64,000 nt of DNA from Chrysomallon squamiferum (Eukaryota; Animalia; Mollusca). The translations under genes were made by a program, and so were the position numbers. This document shows positions 25,242 through 44,849 of the stretch, one piece after another (position 1 is the stretch's first letter; every line of letters starts with the position of its first letter). Below the pieces are notes generated by a model that worked only from the letters and a program-made list of their open reading frames with translations, was not told the DNA's origin and searched no databases. Location: assembly GCA_012295275.1 (NCBI GenBank), contig CM022677.1, positions 1,860,001 to 1,924,000 on the forward strand, written 5' to 3'.

Positions 25242-26611
25242 CATGGAAACACACGTACGAACACAGTGAGGAAGAGAGACATACAGACAGACAGAAACGT
25301 TGATAACAATACATTTTTTGTTAGTAATCTAATTATTTTCTAAATAATTAATCTCACATAATTATCTCACATTTTAAAGTCTTACTCTACTTCTTTTACA
25401 CAGATATCTTTACACGGATGACGTCGTCCTAACAGGCGACAACGTCACCGATCTGCTGTATCTATCGAGGAAGTACATCGTCACGACACTGGAAGAACAG
25501 TGCGTCAACTATTTGGAGTCGTCGTTGTCGTCACGGAATGCGTGCGTCGTGCTGGAACAAGCTCACCTGTTTGATGAACATGATCTAAGGAAAAAAACTC
25601 TGGACTTCATTTTGGAAAATGGCGACGAAGTTCTGAAGTCAGATGAAGTCACCGATCTTTGTCACGAATGTCTGGTTGAGATCGTACGATCAGACGAACT
25701 GACAGCAGACGAGAAAAATGTTTTTGAAGCCGCCGTGAAGTGGGCTGACAGCGCGTGCAGGAAGCAAGGAAGACAGACGAATGAAAAAAACATGCGCGAT
25801 GCACTGGGAGAGGTCGTGAAGCACGTGCGTTATCCATTACTCGATCAGACGTATTTTGTAAAACACGTGACACCCACTCACATACTCACTGAGGCTGAAG
25901 GATTCAAGATTTTGAGACACCTGGTGAGCAGTGATGAAGATGTTTCACCTTTTAACTCAAACATGAGAACTGCAATGATTCCTAACACACAGATTACAAT
26001 AAACAGGTTTGGTTCGTATGGTTCTGCTATATTAGGTGATTACTGGCCATGTTTTGGTAAAGAAGATGATTCCATTACTTTCTCTGTCAACAAAAACGCT
26101 TTACTTCGCGGATTTCAGTTGTACGGTTACTTTGAACCACAAAACTACGACGTCAGCGCCTTCGTCACTGACACAAGAACAGACGAAATACTGGACGGGT
26201 CTACACTGAGACAGAGATATGAACACGTCGTGTCTGTCGTGTATGACGTCGTGTTCAGACGTCCAGTGAAGATTACTAAAGACACTGAGTACAGCTTGTT
26301 TGTTAATGTTAAGGGAGACTACTCATTGTGTGGATTTAAAGGTAAATCAGAAATTGTTGTAGACTCTTTTGTTTGTAGATTTTCTGAGTCACACAAATCT
26401 AAACACAGTGACAGACAACTTCGTACATGTGTGACATACGGACAAATACCTGCTTTGTTATTTTTAGTGTAAAAACAACATCGTTCAAACACTGTCACTT
26501 TTTGTCATCACTGGCCTAATATTTGTATTTATTTATTTATTTGTTTACTTATTGATTTATTGATTTGTTTATGTTTTTCTGATGACGTCAGACAGCGGTG
26601 ATGACGTCATA
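23888..26611 (+). repeat. Direct duplication of window positions 1-~2841 (BTB gene plus flanks)
   Basis: atctgacgtcactcgcgtgttt occurs at 1 and 23888. Similarity runs through the gene to ..gatgacgtcata (2841/26611), with a divergent stretch in the upstream region (~810-1080 vs ~24615-24830). Confidence 0.95.
24916..26472 (+). CDS. BTB/POZ-BACK-PHR protein, copy B; exons 24916-25172 and 25404-26472 (441 aa)
   Basis: Same exon/intron structure as copy A (GT at 25173, CAG ending 25403). The spliced frame is open throughout and the BTB, BACK and PHR motifs are conserved. Confidence 0.92.
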
Positions 26612-27309
26612 TACACTTGATTTGACAGTTTATGTTTGTGTGCCGGTGTGTGTTTTTTTGTGTCTGTGTGTCATTTTGTGCGAGCGTGTTACTGTTAAAA
26701 CAAAACAAACTCGTTGGAAAATATAATTACTCGTATTTGTTTTTATTAGTTGGTTCCTTACTTATCTCCCTTTCTTAAACTTACAGAATGTTTATTCTAT
26801 TCACCTTTATTTGAAATCTGTGCGAATGTCAAAGCATGAGTGGGTGTGTAACTGAGCTTATGTATGACAAACATCTGTTAGTGTGGGTGTTTATAGATAT
26901 GTGTTTTTGTGTATAGTTTTTGGTGTGTGTCTGTCTATATATGTGTGCGTGTATATATCTGAATGTGTTGGAGTATTTATGTGTATGAATATAAAATATG
27001 TGGATATGTGCGTGTGTATGTACGAATATATGTGGTTGAGACAGTGTATATGTGCATATGTTTTGTATCATAGACTTTTACGTCCCTTATTTTTTTTGTA
27101 TTTAATTCGTGTTTTTATGTATGTGTGAAAGATAATGTATATGTGTATATAAATGAATGTATGTGTGTGAAAGATAGAATACACGTTTATATGTAAGGAT
27201 ATGTGTGTGAAAGACTGTGTACAAAGTTACATGTATGTATGTGAGACATTATGGTCATGAGCTCTAAAGTGAAACAGGAGGGGTATTTTTGTGTGTGTGT
27301 GTGTGTGTC

Positions 27310-27352
<43 letters not shown>

Positions 27353-27559
27353 GAGAGAGAGAGAAGACGGATATAAAACATCTGTGAGTGAAAATTTGTT
27401 TCCTGGGCGCTTTTGTCCGCTTGTGTATTTATTATTATTATTATTATTATCATCATCATCATCATCATCATCATCATTATTATCATTTCATAAACTTTGT
27501 TGTTGTAAAAGAAAATAATTTTTTTTGGTTGTTTATTTTTTATCGGTAACAACAACAAA

Positions 27560-28130
27560 AAGTTCACGAAGAATTGAGACGAAAAATGGCAAACAAAAAT
27601 TTCATTTTCTGTGGCCATGTTCCCGCAGCCATCTTTGTATACAACGATATCGTTAATATGTTCACAGGATGTTCGTGATCTCGAAGTGTCTTGATGAATG
27701 TTATTAACAAACAGTTGTTAACGTCGTCGTTTATTAAAAGTAAGTCGTAACCAAGCGTGATACGCACCGCGCATTCTGCGTACTACATAAAAATCACGTG
27801 CTAATTATCACTAACATCATCCGCTAATGATTATAGTTCCTGTCTGTGACATTTTGGTGCGTGTTTTGAACCATCTTCTTGGTTTCTCAGCCATGTTTAA
27901 TCTGTAAGTGGCTATTATTACAGGTCGAAATTTATGAACTGATTCCGTGTTCATATCGGTAAAATCGTATAGCTGTTGACAAGAGGGTAAACTTCAAGCT
28001 CTGCACGAAAAGAACATCGCGTGAATAGTAAACAAACTAACGACACAGTGATTCGCTTTATTACGACAGACTTCAAACGACTTCGTAACGACAAGTAAAC
28101 GTCTTTTGTTTAACTAAGTCGTCATGTTGA
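27560..28130. promoter_or_regulatory. Candidate CpG-enriched promoter/first-exon region
   Basis: CpG density is locally high in an AT-rich background. YY1-like AAAATGGC (~27583) and GCCATCTTT (~27628) are present, along with a possible micro-exon cagccATGtttaatct|gtaagt near 27894-27909. Confidence 0.35.
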
Positions 28131-28174
28131 CATCTTCAGGAACATGGCCATGAATTAGAATATATAACCGTATA

Positions 28175-28246
<72 letters not shown>

Positions 28247-28397
28247 AAATAATAATGAAAATAATAATAATCATATTAACACACACACACACACACACAT
28301 ACATATATGTGACTGTCCTAGGTTAAGCAATGCATGGTGGTGTCTAAAATACGAATTAAAAAAATGAAGAGGTTAAAAAATAATCCTAAATTTCACC

Positions 28398-28484
<87 letters not shown>

Positions 28485-28547
28485 ACAACATACATTATTT
28501 GTGTTTAACGAAAAAGTAAAACTTACAATGTACAGATTATGTTCCTG

Positions 28548-28602
<55 letters not shown>

Positions 28603-29348
28603 CATTAAAATGAAGGAATTGTTTTCTTTTTAAAAAACCCACTAAAAGTATGAATGAAAGGATTAGTTCAGAGGATAGTATCGTAAATATAAATTTTCCA
28701 TCAGTTAATAGCAATGGAATGTATGAATGAGTTAATGGAAGGGAGATAACTCCTGTACAGCTTATTATGAAGTGCACAAGAGTTATCTGTTGTGGACTTA
28801 TATATATTCAATGAATTAATATTTATTCACAGCTGGATGGTTGACCATATCAATGATTCTTTGCTGCTAACTGGAAAGAGTAGCCCGTGAAGCAAAATGT
28901 TTATATTGGTTCAAGTCAAGTTTCAGGTGAAAACAATTATTTCTTCTAATATTGTCTTTATGTGACAAAAATTCTTAAAACATTTGAGAAAAATATTGTT
29001 TCTTTGAAAAAAAAAAAAAAAAAAAAAAAAACTGAAATTAAAACAACCAATTTTATAAATAAAGATAAAATGTCAGCTAAATCTAGTATTTATATAAAAT
29101 CTAAGTTGACTGTGTACAAAGATAAACTGTCCGCTAAATGTAGTATTTATGTAAAAATTAAGAAGATTGTGTACAAAGATAACACTGATTCTGTTAGAAA
29201 TTTACTTGACATGACTTTTTCTTTGTTTGTTGAGATCTTAAAAATATATAAAACTTTGTTTTAACTGTGGTAAAATGGTTATTGAAAAATGAAGTCTGTC
29301 GGTGTTTTGTTTTTAAGTTTGTCGGTGTTTTGTTTGTTTTTGTTTGTG

Positions 29349-29404
<56 letters not shown>

Positions 29405-29510
29405 TTTTTTTTATTTACATATAATTATAATGACGGATATTAAACAAACGTTGCTAACACCCTAATTTTATTTATTGATGTATTATTATTCTTGTTCTTC
29501 TTCTTCTTCT

Positions 29511-29547
<37 letters not shown>

Positions 29548-29658
29548 TATGGTTTTCTTTATAATGTTCACTTTATTGTTTAAATATTAAGACCACTTAT
29601 TAAAATTTTACTTTAAAGTATGTTATAATTATTTTATTTTATTGTTCACTTAGGAAAT

Positions 29659-35143
<5,485 letters not shown>

Positions 35144-36248
35144 TAAAGGGATAAAAGTCAGTGCTCTTGATTATTTAAATATGAGTTTTGAATATTTCTG
35201 TGGTCCAGGAAGTGACACTTTATTAATAGTTCTAATCTTTATCACTATCTGATGATCTGTTACTTGAACAAATATATTTAACACCATTTTTATTTATAAA
35301 CTTTCAGGTTATGAATCATTTTTCATAATGTGTCTTTTCAGGAGAAGTCTAAAAAACATATTTGTTTTTAAAATGTTTGTAATAATTACAATAACCTAGG
35401 ATTTATTTATAATTTTTGTCATGAAGCATTTTTTTTGTAAAGTAAACAAAAATAGAGGAAAGAAGTATGTGTGAGAACAGAATGTGAAAATCAGTTGATC
35501 TAGATTTCCATGGTTACCCTTTTCACCTGGAAAAAACTAGAACACTGCAGGAACATACAAGCTTATCTTTCAAACCTGGCTACGCGTCTGATGGGTGCTG
35601 AGGATATAAAATAGACTTAATTTTACAGTCCACATGTTCATAACTTGAAACCCTGTACATACGTTTTACTAAGACTCATACTGATTACAGCTTTCTAAGA
35701 TACATAATTATACGCCAGTCCTAAAATAAAATTCGCGTATTTCAATTTTTTTTTTTTTTTATACATTATACGCCTTTATTTCACATTAATTTCAACAAAT
35801 AAAATGAAACAAATAAAAGACCGGAAGCACACTTTCAGTCGTTTGGGTTGTCGGATATTGTGCAAAATAAGCTGACGTCGAAATTTTGAAATTCTTTGAT
35901 TGACGGTCTAGGGGAAGTAACTCTAAATGATAACAGGATACAAAGGTGCTTAAACAAGTTTGTAACTTGAAAAATAATAAGAGAAAACAAAAATAATTGT
36001 CTTTGGATGGAAAGTGAAATGTAGGAGCCAACTTCTGCATGGTATAGTATCTAAGTTTTATACATGTTTTCCACTCATAATGACATTAACTGAATTCTTA
36101 GCAGAGATATTGGACATTTGTTTACATTGTTGTTTCTTAAACTGACTGTCATTAGCCTTTTAATAGAGTGGTTGTTCTTGCTGTTGTTATCAAACTTAAA
36201 GAAGAACGCAGATTACCTTATAATTTTTAATTATTATTATTATCATTG

Positions 36249-36301
<53 letters not shown>

Positions 36302-36559
36302 GTTATTAATATTATGATTAGTATTAGTATTATTTAAATTTGTATCAATAAATAATAATCATCATCATCATCATCATCATGTTTTATTTATCTTTTTTAT
36401 TTTAAACTTTTTTCAGTTTGATCTCTAATTTTATTATTTCTTCATCTTCAGATCTTGTTACTATTTCAGTAATATTTTATTTTATGACATTTTATTATTT
36501 TTCAATCTTTTTTCTATAATTTATTTCTTTAAGTTATTTGCTTTTTATATTTTATTTTA

Positions 36560-36595
<36 letters not shown>

Positions 36596-37163
36596 ATATA
36601 CACACATAATATCTTAATTTTTCTGACTTCTTGTGTTTAATTCTTCTTAATATTCCTGTGTTTATTCATATGTCTTCATATTGTTTTTATTTGTTTTCAT
36701 TTTTGAGTTTTCTTTAAAGCTATTTTATTTATTTTTTAACCTATTTATCATGATTATTGTTTTTTGTTATTTTTCTATGTTGTAATTTCTTCAAAATCTT
36801 CTTTTTCATCTTGTCTGTTCCTCTTGTCTGTATTTATTTTCAATTATTTTAATGATAAGCAAGAGTTTTGTAATATACAGTTTACTTATTATGTTTCAGT
36901 CTCCCAGATTCTGTTCATAGTTTTTATTCTTCTTTCTTTTTTTTGTTTCTTCATATTTTAAATTCTGAATTTTTATTTTTTAATTTTTTTTTTTTTTTAT
37001 TTAATTATTATTATTATTATTATTATTATTATTTTTTTTTTTTTTGATGCTACTGACCACTCATATTCTTGTTAATTTTTCTTTTCAACTGCATCTCCAT
37101 CTTTCTAGTTATTTTTCTACATTCTAATTCAAATTATTTTATTTTATTATTTATTTATTATTA

Positions 37164-37220
<57 letters not shown>

Positions 37221-37874
37221 TTTTTTCTTTTTACAAGCTACTTGTAATTCATTTCAGTATTATATTTCTTCTTCATGTTTCTTCTTATTCAGTTGAGAGC
37301 AGACATTTTTTTTTTTTTGCTCACATTTGCTTTTTCCGATGATCTGAGGTCAGAACTTAGTTACAGCACTTAAGAGATACAAAACTCACATAACAATATT
37401 CCTACATTATTCTCAACAGTGTTCATTGTTTTAATAAAACAAGTTACCTAGTAATATCTCAGAGAATTACTATTTCAGTATATGTTTTTGTTACTAGTGT
37501 AAATGTACTGTCTTCCTGATTCAAAACCTGTTTCCATTGATGACTCCATATTTGTAATGTTTGCCAGTGAAAACACTGTTATTTTGATATGCCTAGCAAA
37601 CCTGAACAACAATGAAGTTTTAAACTTGTATTGTTGTTAGACTCTCAATATATATTTTTTTTTCTGAAAATTACTATTATTAGTGATTTTTTAGAACCAG
37701 TATTATTCTGATAACTTGTTTATTACTATTAGTGTATTTTCAATAGTTACCAATCATTTGAAAAAAAATGTTTATGACATTTGTATTTATATTTGCAACC
37801 ATGTTTTCTCTTAGTTTCAAAGTCTGCCCTCTGTTAATATATATATATATTTTTTTCTATTTTTTATTTCCACA

Positions 37875-39491
37875 GAACTGACATGGGTTTCACATCACTG
37901 AAAATGAAATCGCAGTTGGCACCAACAACATCAGTACCACCATTAGACCTGAGACAAACTGACATCACCACACCAAACACTGAAAACTCAAACTCCTGTG
38001 CCAAGAAACATCCAGACACACTAGAAAAGAAACCAGAAACACCACCACCCATTGCCAGAGGTATTTCAGTAAAAATAATGTCTAAGAAAGAAAATGAACA
38101 AGTTGCTGAAACAACTCTGACAAAAGAAAAGAAATTAGTTTCAAAACTTTCTTCCAGTAAGGGTGACAGCATGGAAGATATGCATCCACAGCCACAGAAA
38201 AAGTTTGATCATGTCTAATCTTCTTGTGAAACTGGATTTTTTGTTGAAAGCAGCCAGACCAAGACTTAAACTGCCACAAGCTTTACCATCTAGTCACTTA
38301 GTCAGAATTTTAAAATCTTTAAAAAATATTCAGGTAAATATGTCTGTAAATATGTCTTAGTCTATCTGACTATTTCTCTTTCTTTCTGCCTCCCTATTTA
38401 TTTATTTTATTTCTCTTTCTTTCTCTATTTGCTTTTCTTTTTGTCTGTGTGCATTTCTTTCCTTGAAAATGTTCAGATAAATATCTGTTTGTCTTTCTGA
38501 GAATCTGTCTATATATATATACCTATATCTCTATCTGTTTGTCTGTGTATATCTTATCTGTCTATATGTTTGTCTGTGTACTTATCTGTTTGTTTGTGTG
38601 TTTCTTTGAGAATCTGTCTATATACCTATGTCTGTACTTAATATATACTTATCTGTGTCTGTGTTATTTCTTTCTGAGAATCTATTTCTTTATGAGAATG
38701 TCTGTAATATATATATCTATGTCTCTACTTAATATATACTTATCTTTATCTGTTTGTACCTGTCTACTTAATATGTACTTATCTGTTTGTGTGTATTTCT
38801 TTATATAATTTCTTATTTGTTCCTAATTAGCAACTTATCTGTTTTTTCTGTTTGTTTTTTTCTTTCTTTTTTTTTTGTTATGATTTTTAACAATTATTGT
38901 CAAAGTTGTAATTTTTTGAAGTTGTATTTTTAAAAAAAAGAAAATATTATATATAATCTTTCTTTAAGTTCTCTTTTGATAATTCTGAATATAAATAGCT
39001 TAAGAACCAGTTTTTTAAATAATTCTAAATTTATTTTTAGTTTTAATTTATTAAAAAATCTTTAAAACTGTTTTTGTAGACAGTTGATTGTTTTTATTTT
39101 ATTTATTTTTATTTTTTTAAATTTTCTATCTATTTTTCTGTTTATTTAAAATATATGTATCATATCTATTCTATAATTTATATATTTTTATTATTTTTAA
39201 TTTATTATTTATTTAAATTATTTTGTACTGAAAATATTATATTGGATATATAACATTGAATAATTTATTATTCTATATTTTATTATTCTATATTTTCATT
39301 TATTTTTCTTTATTTTTGTTTATTTTTATTTATTTGTTTAACTAGGTCTTAAATTTATCAGGAAACAGTTTTGGACCCCAGGCTTTCCGAGCTGTGTGTT
39401 TGGCAATGTGTTCTAACACAACAGTGATCTTCATTAGCCTCAACAAAACAGACACTGAGAGTGCTGTGAGTAATCTTAATTATAACTGTTT

Positions 39492-39528
<37 letters not shown>

Positions 39529-39902
39529 CCAGTTTAAAGAATTCCATATTCATTACATAATGCTTATACCAATAACAAGAAATTATTTTTATATTTATAT
39601 ATGTATAGAGAAAAGAATCTTATTTCGGTATTGTTATTATTATTAATATTATATTGTCACTGTTATTGTTATTATTATTATTATTAATAGTAGTAATTAG
39701 TATATGTAATTGTCAGTATTATCAGTTAGCTACTAATATTACTACTATTATTCTGCTAACAAAAAATAGTTACTAACGGTGACTTTCAACACACTAAAGC
39801 TATTACCAATAATATTATATATCTATTTACCTCTATGTCTGTCACTGCTATTTCTACTATTGTTACTTATACTACAGATGTTATTTTTACCACTTATTAC
39901 AT

Positions 39903-39938
<36 letters not shown>

Positions 39939-40693
39939 TGGTGTCTGCAGTTATTTACTACCTCTATGTGTTGTATCTACTTGTACTATACAACCTAAGC
40001 TAATTCTACCACAGTTATCACTATTACTGTTAATGCTGCGATTACCACTATTACTACTACTAGTATGGTTATTACTAATACTACAAACTATTACCACTAC
40101 TACTACAACTAGTACTGTTTCTACTACTACTACGACTATTACCGCTGTTACTATTACTAGTACTGTTACTACTAATATTACAATTATTACCACTTAGTGC
40201 TACTAGTACTTTACCATTGTTACTACTATTAGTATTAATACTACAACTACGAATTCTGCTGCTGCTGTTACTACTATTACTACTACTACAAATGCTGCTG
40301 CTACTGCTGCTGTTACTACTATTACTACTACTACAACTACTGCTGTGGCAACTACTCAACCACTGTTACTAGTTCTGTTGCTGTTATTACTACAACTACT
40401 ACCATTGTTGATAGTTATTACTACTGTTAAAACATTAATGTGTCATCTACTAACTGCATAACAAATAGATAAGTGTTAACAATTTGTGTTAATAGTTTTT
40501 ACTACTAATACACACAACTTGAGTGTTTTGTTTCTAGATCAAAATGTTGTTGGCAAACAGGAATATTTGGATGTGTCGAGTAATTCTCTAGGAAATGATT
40601 ATTTCTCTCACTGTGTCAGTCCATCTCTTAAAACTCTCAGGTTTTCTTCTTATTATTCATGTCATTTTATTAACTTTTCTTTATCTGCCACTA

Positions 40694-40773
<80 letters not shown>

Positions 40774-41149
40774 ACTGATACTCTCTTACTGTCTTTCTCT
40801 TTTCTCTCTCCTCTAAGAAACCTTAGCTTCAAGAATCTAAATTTATCATTATATATTTTTACAATTTATTAACATTCTTATTTATTTATCTATTTATTTA
40901 TACTGGTTTTATTAATATAAATGTGTATTTCTCTATAATTTCAGAGCTATTTTCTGATAATGTAGATTCTGCACATTGTGAATTATTATTATTATTATTA
41001 TTATTGTTTTTATTTGTTTTTATTACCAGCTGGGATCACTTAATCTTGTATTCAGTTTTTATCTGAATGATGCAAAAGTTAACAACGAAACACTTACAGT
41101 TGATGGTAAATTTAGATTTTAAAAAATATATATATATAAAATATATATA

Positions 41150-41180
<31 letters not shown>

Positions 41181-41486
41181 ATATACATACACACATGTGT
41201 ATTTCATTCTGTAATATCTACATTTGACAAATTTCTCATAATTAGATTTTTCAACTTTTTTTCTTTTTCTGCTGATAGTTATTTGGTTTCTTAATACTGT
41301 TTTTCATTTTTTTCAGATATTACAGATGCCGAGTTCTCTTCAGGAATTAAGTCTGAACTCCAGTTGTTTAACCAACCAGCTGTTTGAGTTTCCATGGAAA
41401 ACTCCTTTCTTTGAAAGATGTGGACATCAGAAATTGTCCTGATCTTTCTGTATCTGTCGTTGACGATTTAGTTAAACTTACTTCAG
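37875..41486 (+). pseudogene. Decayed multi-exon leucine-rich-repeat (RNI-like) gene; candidate exons 37875-38333, 39346-39465, 40538-40640, ~41030-41105, 41317-41486
   Basis: AG/GT-bounded segments translate to LNLSGNSFGPQAFRAVCLAMCSNTTV, EYLDVSSNSLGNDYFS, SSLQELSLNSSCL and (shifted frame) SLKDVDIRNCPDL, all LxxLxLxxN/C-type repeats. In-frame stops (38216) and frameshifts indicate decay. Confidence 0.65.
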
Positions 41487-41644
41487 GTGTTTTAAATTTT
41501 ATAATATTTGAAGAATTATTCTATATATAATCGTAATCTTTCTCTATCTGACATAGACAATTTAGTTAAACAATATGCTAAGAATATCAAAATAAACTTA
41601 TTATTATGAAATAATATATATTCCTGAGAGTGAGTGAGTGTGTG

Positions 41645-41948
41645 AATATCAGCAATAGTGAAAATTGCTATTCTGATCAGATTGTGTGTGTGTGTGTGTG
41701 TGTCTGTAAGTGTATGTGAGTGTACAAGCAATAATGATCAGTTATTCTGATAATAGTATGTATCTGTGTATGTGTGTATATCAGCAATAGTGATAACTGC
41801 TACTCTGATAATAGTGTATGTGTATGTGTGAGTATATGTGTGTGTGTGTGTGTATCACCAATAGTGATACCAGCTACTCTGATAACAGTATGTGTATGTG
41901 TGTTTGAGTGTATCAGCAATAGTGATAATTGCTATTCTGATAATAGTA

Positions 41949-41989
<41 letters not shown>

Positions 41990-42180
41990 TTATATCAGCA
42001 ATCATGATAATTGTTCCTCTGATAATATGTGTGTGTGTGTTTGTGAATGTATCAGCAATAGAGATAATTGCTACTCTGATAATAGTATCTGTGTGTTTGT
42101 GAGTATATCGGGAATAGTGATAATTACTACCTGTTAACAGAGGGGGGGTGTATCAGCAATAGTGATAACTGCTACTCTAA

Positions 42181-42215
<35 letters not shown>

Positions 42216-42430
42216 TGTTTTTCAGCAATATTGATAATTGCTACTCTAGTAATGGTATGTGTGTATGTGTATTTCTGAGTGTATCAGGAATAGTGATAAC
42301 TGCTACTGTGATAATAGTGTGTGTTTGTGTGTGTGAATGTGTGAGCAATAGTGATAACTGCTACTCTAAGAATAACGTGTGTGTGCATGTTCGAGTGTAT
42401 CATCAATACTGAAAATTGCTACTCTGATAA

Positions 42431-42472
<42 letters not shown>

Positions 42473-42515
42473 ATGTATCAGCAGTAACGATAAGTGCTTC
42501 TCTGATAAAAGTGTG
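41645..42515. repeat. Array of ~14 hairpin-forming ~36-bp cores separated by variable (GT)n spacers
   Basis: The core TATCAGCAATAGTGATAA(T/C)TGCTACTCTGATAATAGT recurs from 41647 to ~42510. Confidence 0.92.
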
Positions 42516-42799
42516 TCTGTATAAAAAGGAGTAATAATTAATAACTAGAGAATTCTACAAATAAAAGTTAGGACAAATGTATTGTGTGTTTTTAAAGGAG
42601 ATGAGACTCAGTTGTACAGTGACAATGACTTTATTCTCATAAACTGTAGATTACAGTACAGGGAAGAAAGTATTACAGACATTATAATAAGAAAATTAAA
42701 ATAGAAGTTTAACATGGAGGACATACTCTCAAATGTAGTTCTTATTAACAAATATATTTTTACTGTTAAACAAAATATATTTGGATGTCTCATATATTT

Positions 42800-43579
42800 A
42801 TTTTGTATACCTTTTCTAAGCCTTAGAATGTTTCTGACCTTTTGGGAAAGTTCTTATCTGCAGCACTAGGATTTTGTTGCCTGGCCTTTTCCAGACACAC
42901 TACACACCTACTGTTTGATGTTGCATGGGGAGGCTCTTTCCAACTTGTGAGGTCTGTAATCTCAGAGGTGTTTGTCTGTGTACAGATTCACTTTCACTGG
43001 TAACAGACGGTGATCATTGCCTACACGTTGATGGCAGAGTTTTTCAACAAACACATGGAATGTAAACATTCTTTGCCCCTGGGGATTATGCAACTGATAA
43101 GGCCACACAATTACATATGCATTATATTGCAGCTGATAAAAAAAACTTCATAATAAGACGACGTGGCCATTTCTAATGATGTCTGCCCTAAATAGGCTTT
43201 TTGTCACACCAAACAATTGCTGCTACAGTTCCATTGAACAAATAGTTCAAAATGCCCCTTCTGATTTAACTTTTTGATTTGGTCAGGGTTTTTTTGAAAA
43301 CGTTTGCGATTTGTAAGTGCAGTGCCCACTAGGCAGATTCCTCTCTTTTCCAGCAAAAACTCACACAAATATACATTAGTGTAGAGTCTGTCTGTAAACG
43401 AACAACGTTTCCAGATACACCAAGATTTTCAATGATTTCAGCATCGTTCCTGCGACCTGTATGTACTCTGTATTTGAAATATAGCCATTCTCACTGTCAC
43501 AAGCTATGAAGGTGTTGAAGTACTTTATTGGTTTATCTTTGATATACTATTTTATAGATAGGGAGTTTTTGTCGGAATC
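42800..43579 (-). mobile_element. Degenerate piggyBac transposase remnant, truncated by the gap
   Basis: Minus-strand motifs appear in piggyBac order: YIKDKPIKY, ACDSENGYI (43478-43507), FTDRLYTNV (43372-43398), LLEKRGICLVGTALTNRK and C-terminal RCVVC (~42893-42910). Confidence 0.8.
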
Positions 43580-43779
43580 NNNNNNNNNNNNNNNNNNNNN
43601 NNNNNNNNNNNNNNNNNNNNNNNNNNNNNNNNNNNNNNNNNNNNNNNNNNNNNNNNNNNNNNNNNNNNNNNNNNNNNNNNNNNNNNNNNNNNNNNNNNNN
43701 NNNNNNNNNNNNNNNNNNNNNNNNNNNNNNNNNNNNNNNNNNNNNNNNNNNNNNNNNNNNNNNNNNNNNNNNNNNNNNN
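43580..43779. other. Assembly gap (200 N)
   Basis: Run of N. Confidence 1.
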
Positions 43780-44849
43780 ACGTGATTGAAATTAGATATT
43801 GTACAAGTCACACCACGTATGTCGGTAGATACGTGCAAATGTTTTATTATATACAGTTTGTGTAAACCTGTTAAATACAATTTTAAAAAAGAAAAAAGAA
43901 AAAGAAACAGAAAAAAAGATTTTTATTTTGTTATTACTTGTCAGATATTTATATTTATTTCTCACTCAGTATATCGATGAAAAAGTTATGTTAACAAGTG
44001 TCTGTTATGTAGGTCAGATAAAAATATTGTGTCGGGTGTATTGGCGACAAGAGACGATCGTGAAATATGCAATGTGATGGTGAATCTGAATACATGGGAC
44101 ATTCATGTGTTATGAGTCAGAGCGATCTAAACACAGGTGTGACAAATACCACCTTTATTATGTTTAGTATAAAAACGATAGCTTTGTTCAAATACTAACA
44201 CTTATACTCATCAATGTGGTAATATTGTTTGTTTGTTTATTTGTTTATTTATTTATTTATTTATTTGTTTCACTTTTTAATTTATATGTTGGTATTTTTA
44301 TTTATTTATTTATTTTACTTTCTACAAATGATACAATATAATATATAATACAACAAAAACAAGCTAATATAAAAGTAAAAGTAAATTAATGTGTTAAACT
44401 ACAGAAGTCATTAACAAAAGTATATATTATTGTAAGAAACATAAGAAAACAAAATAGAAAAATAGATCAGAACGAGAACACGCGAATTACATTTTCACTA
44501 AACATATTACAAAATTCACATTAAACAGAATCTTTTTATACGATATAATACCAAATGTTTGTTATTAAGACAAATCATAAATTCTTGTACTGAAAGTATC
44601 TAAGCTCGGTGTCTTTTTTTTTCTTTTTTTCTTTTTTTTTTTTATTAATAGCTAGCATCAATACACTAAAAATATAAAATTGTGGTCTTAAGTTATATTT
44701 TCTTTTCTACAAAATTAAATGCATGAAATCCAGTTGTTGTTAGCAAAAAGAGCTTTTAAAAATAAAACTCCTTTCTTTGCCACTGTCTTATAATAAGCTG
44801 ATTTATTATCAGTTTTAATGTGAACATTATATTATAGCTATTGACGTAG

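Noticed and set aside
39779-40440. Thr-rich mucin-like exon
   Set aside because: Degenerate (ACT)n simple repeat with stops, lying between the LRR exons.
41645-42515. CRISPR array
   Set aside because: Eukaryotic context, spacers are low-complexity (GT)n of irregular length, and there are no cas genes.
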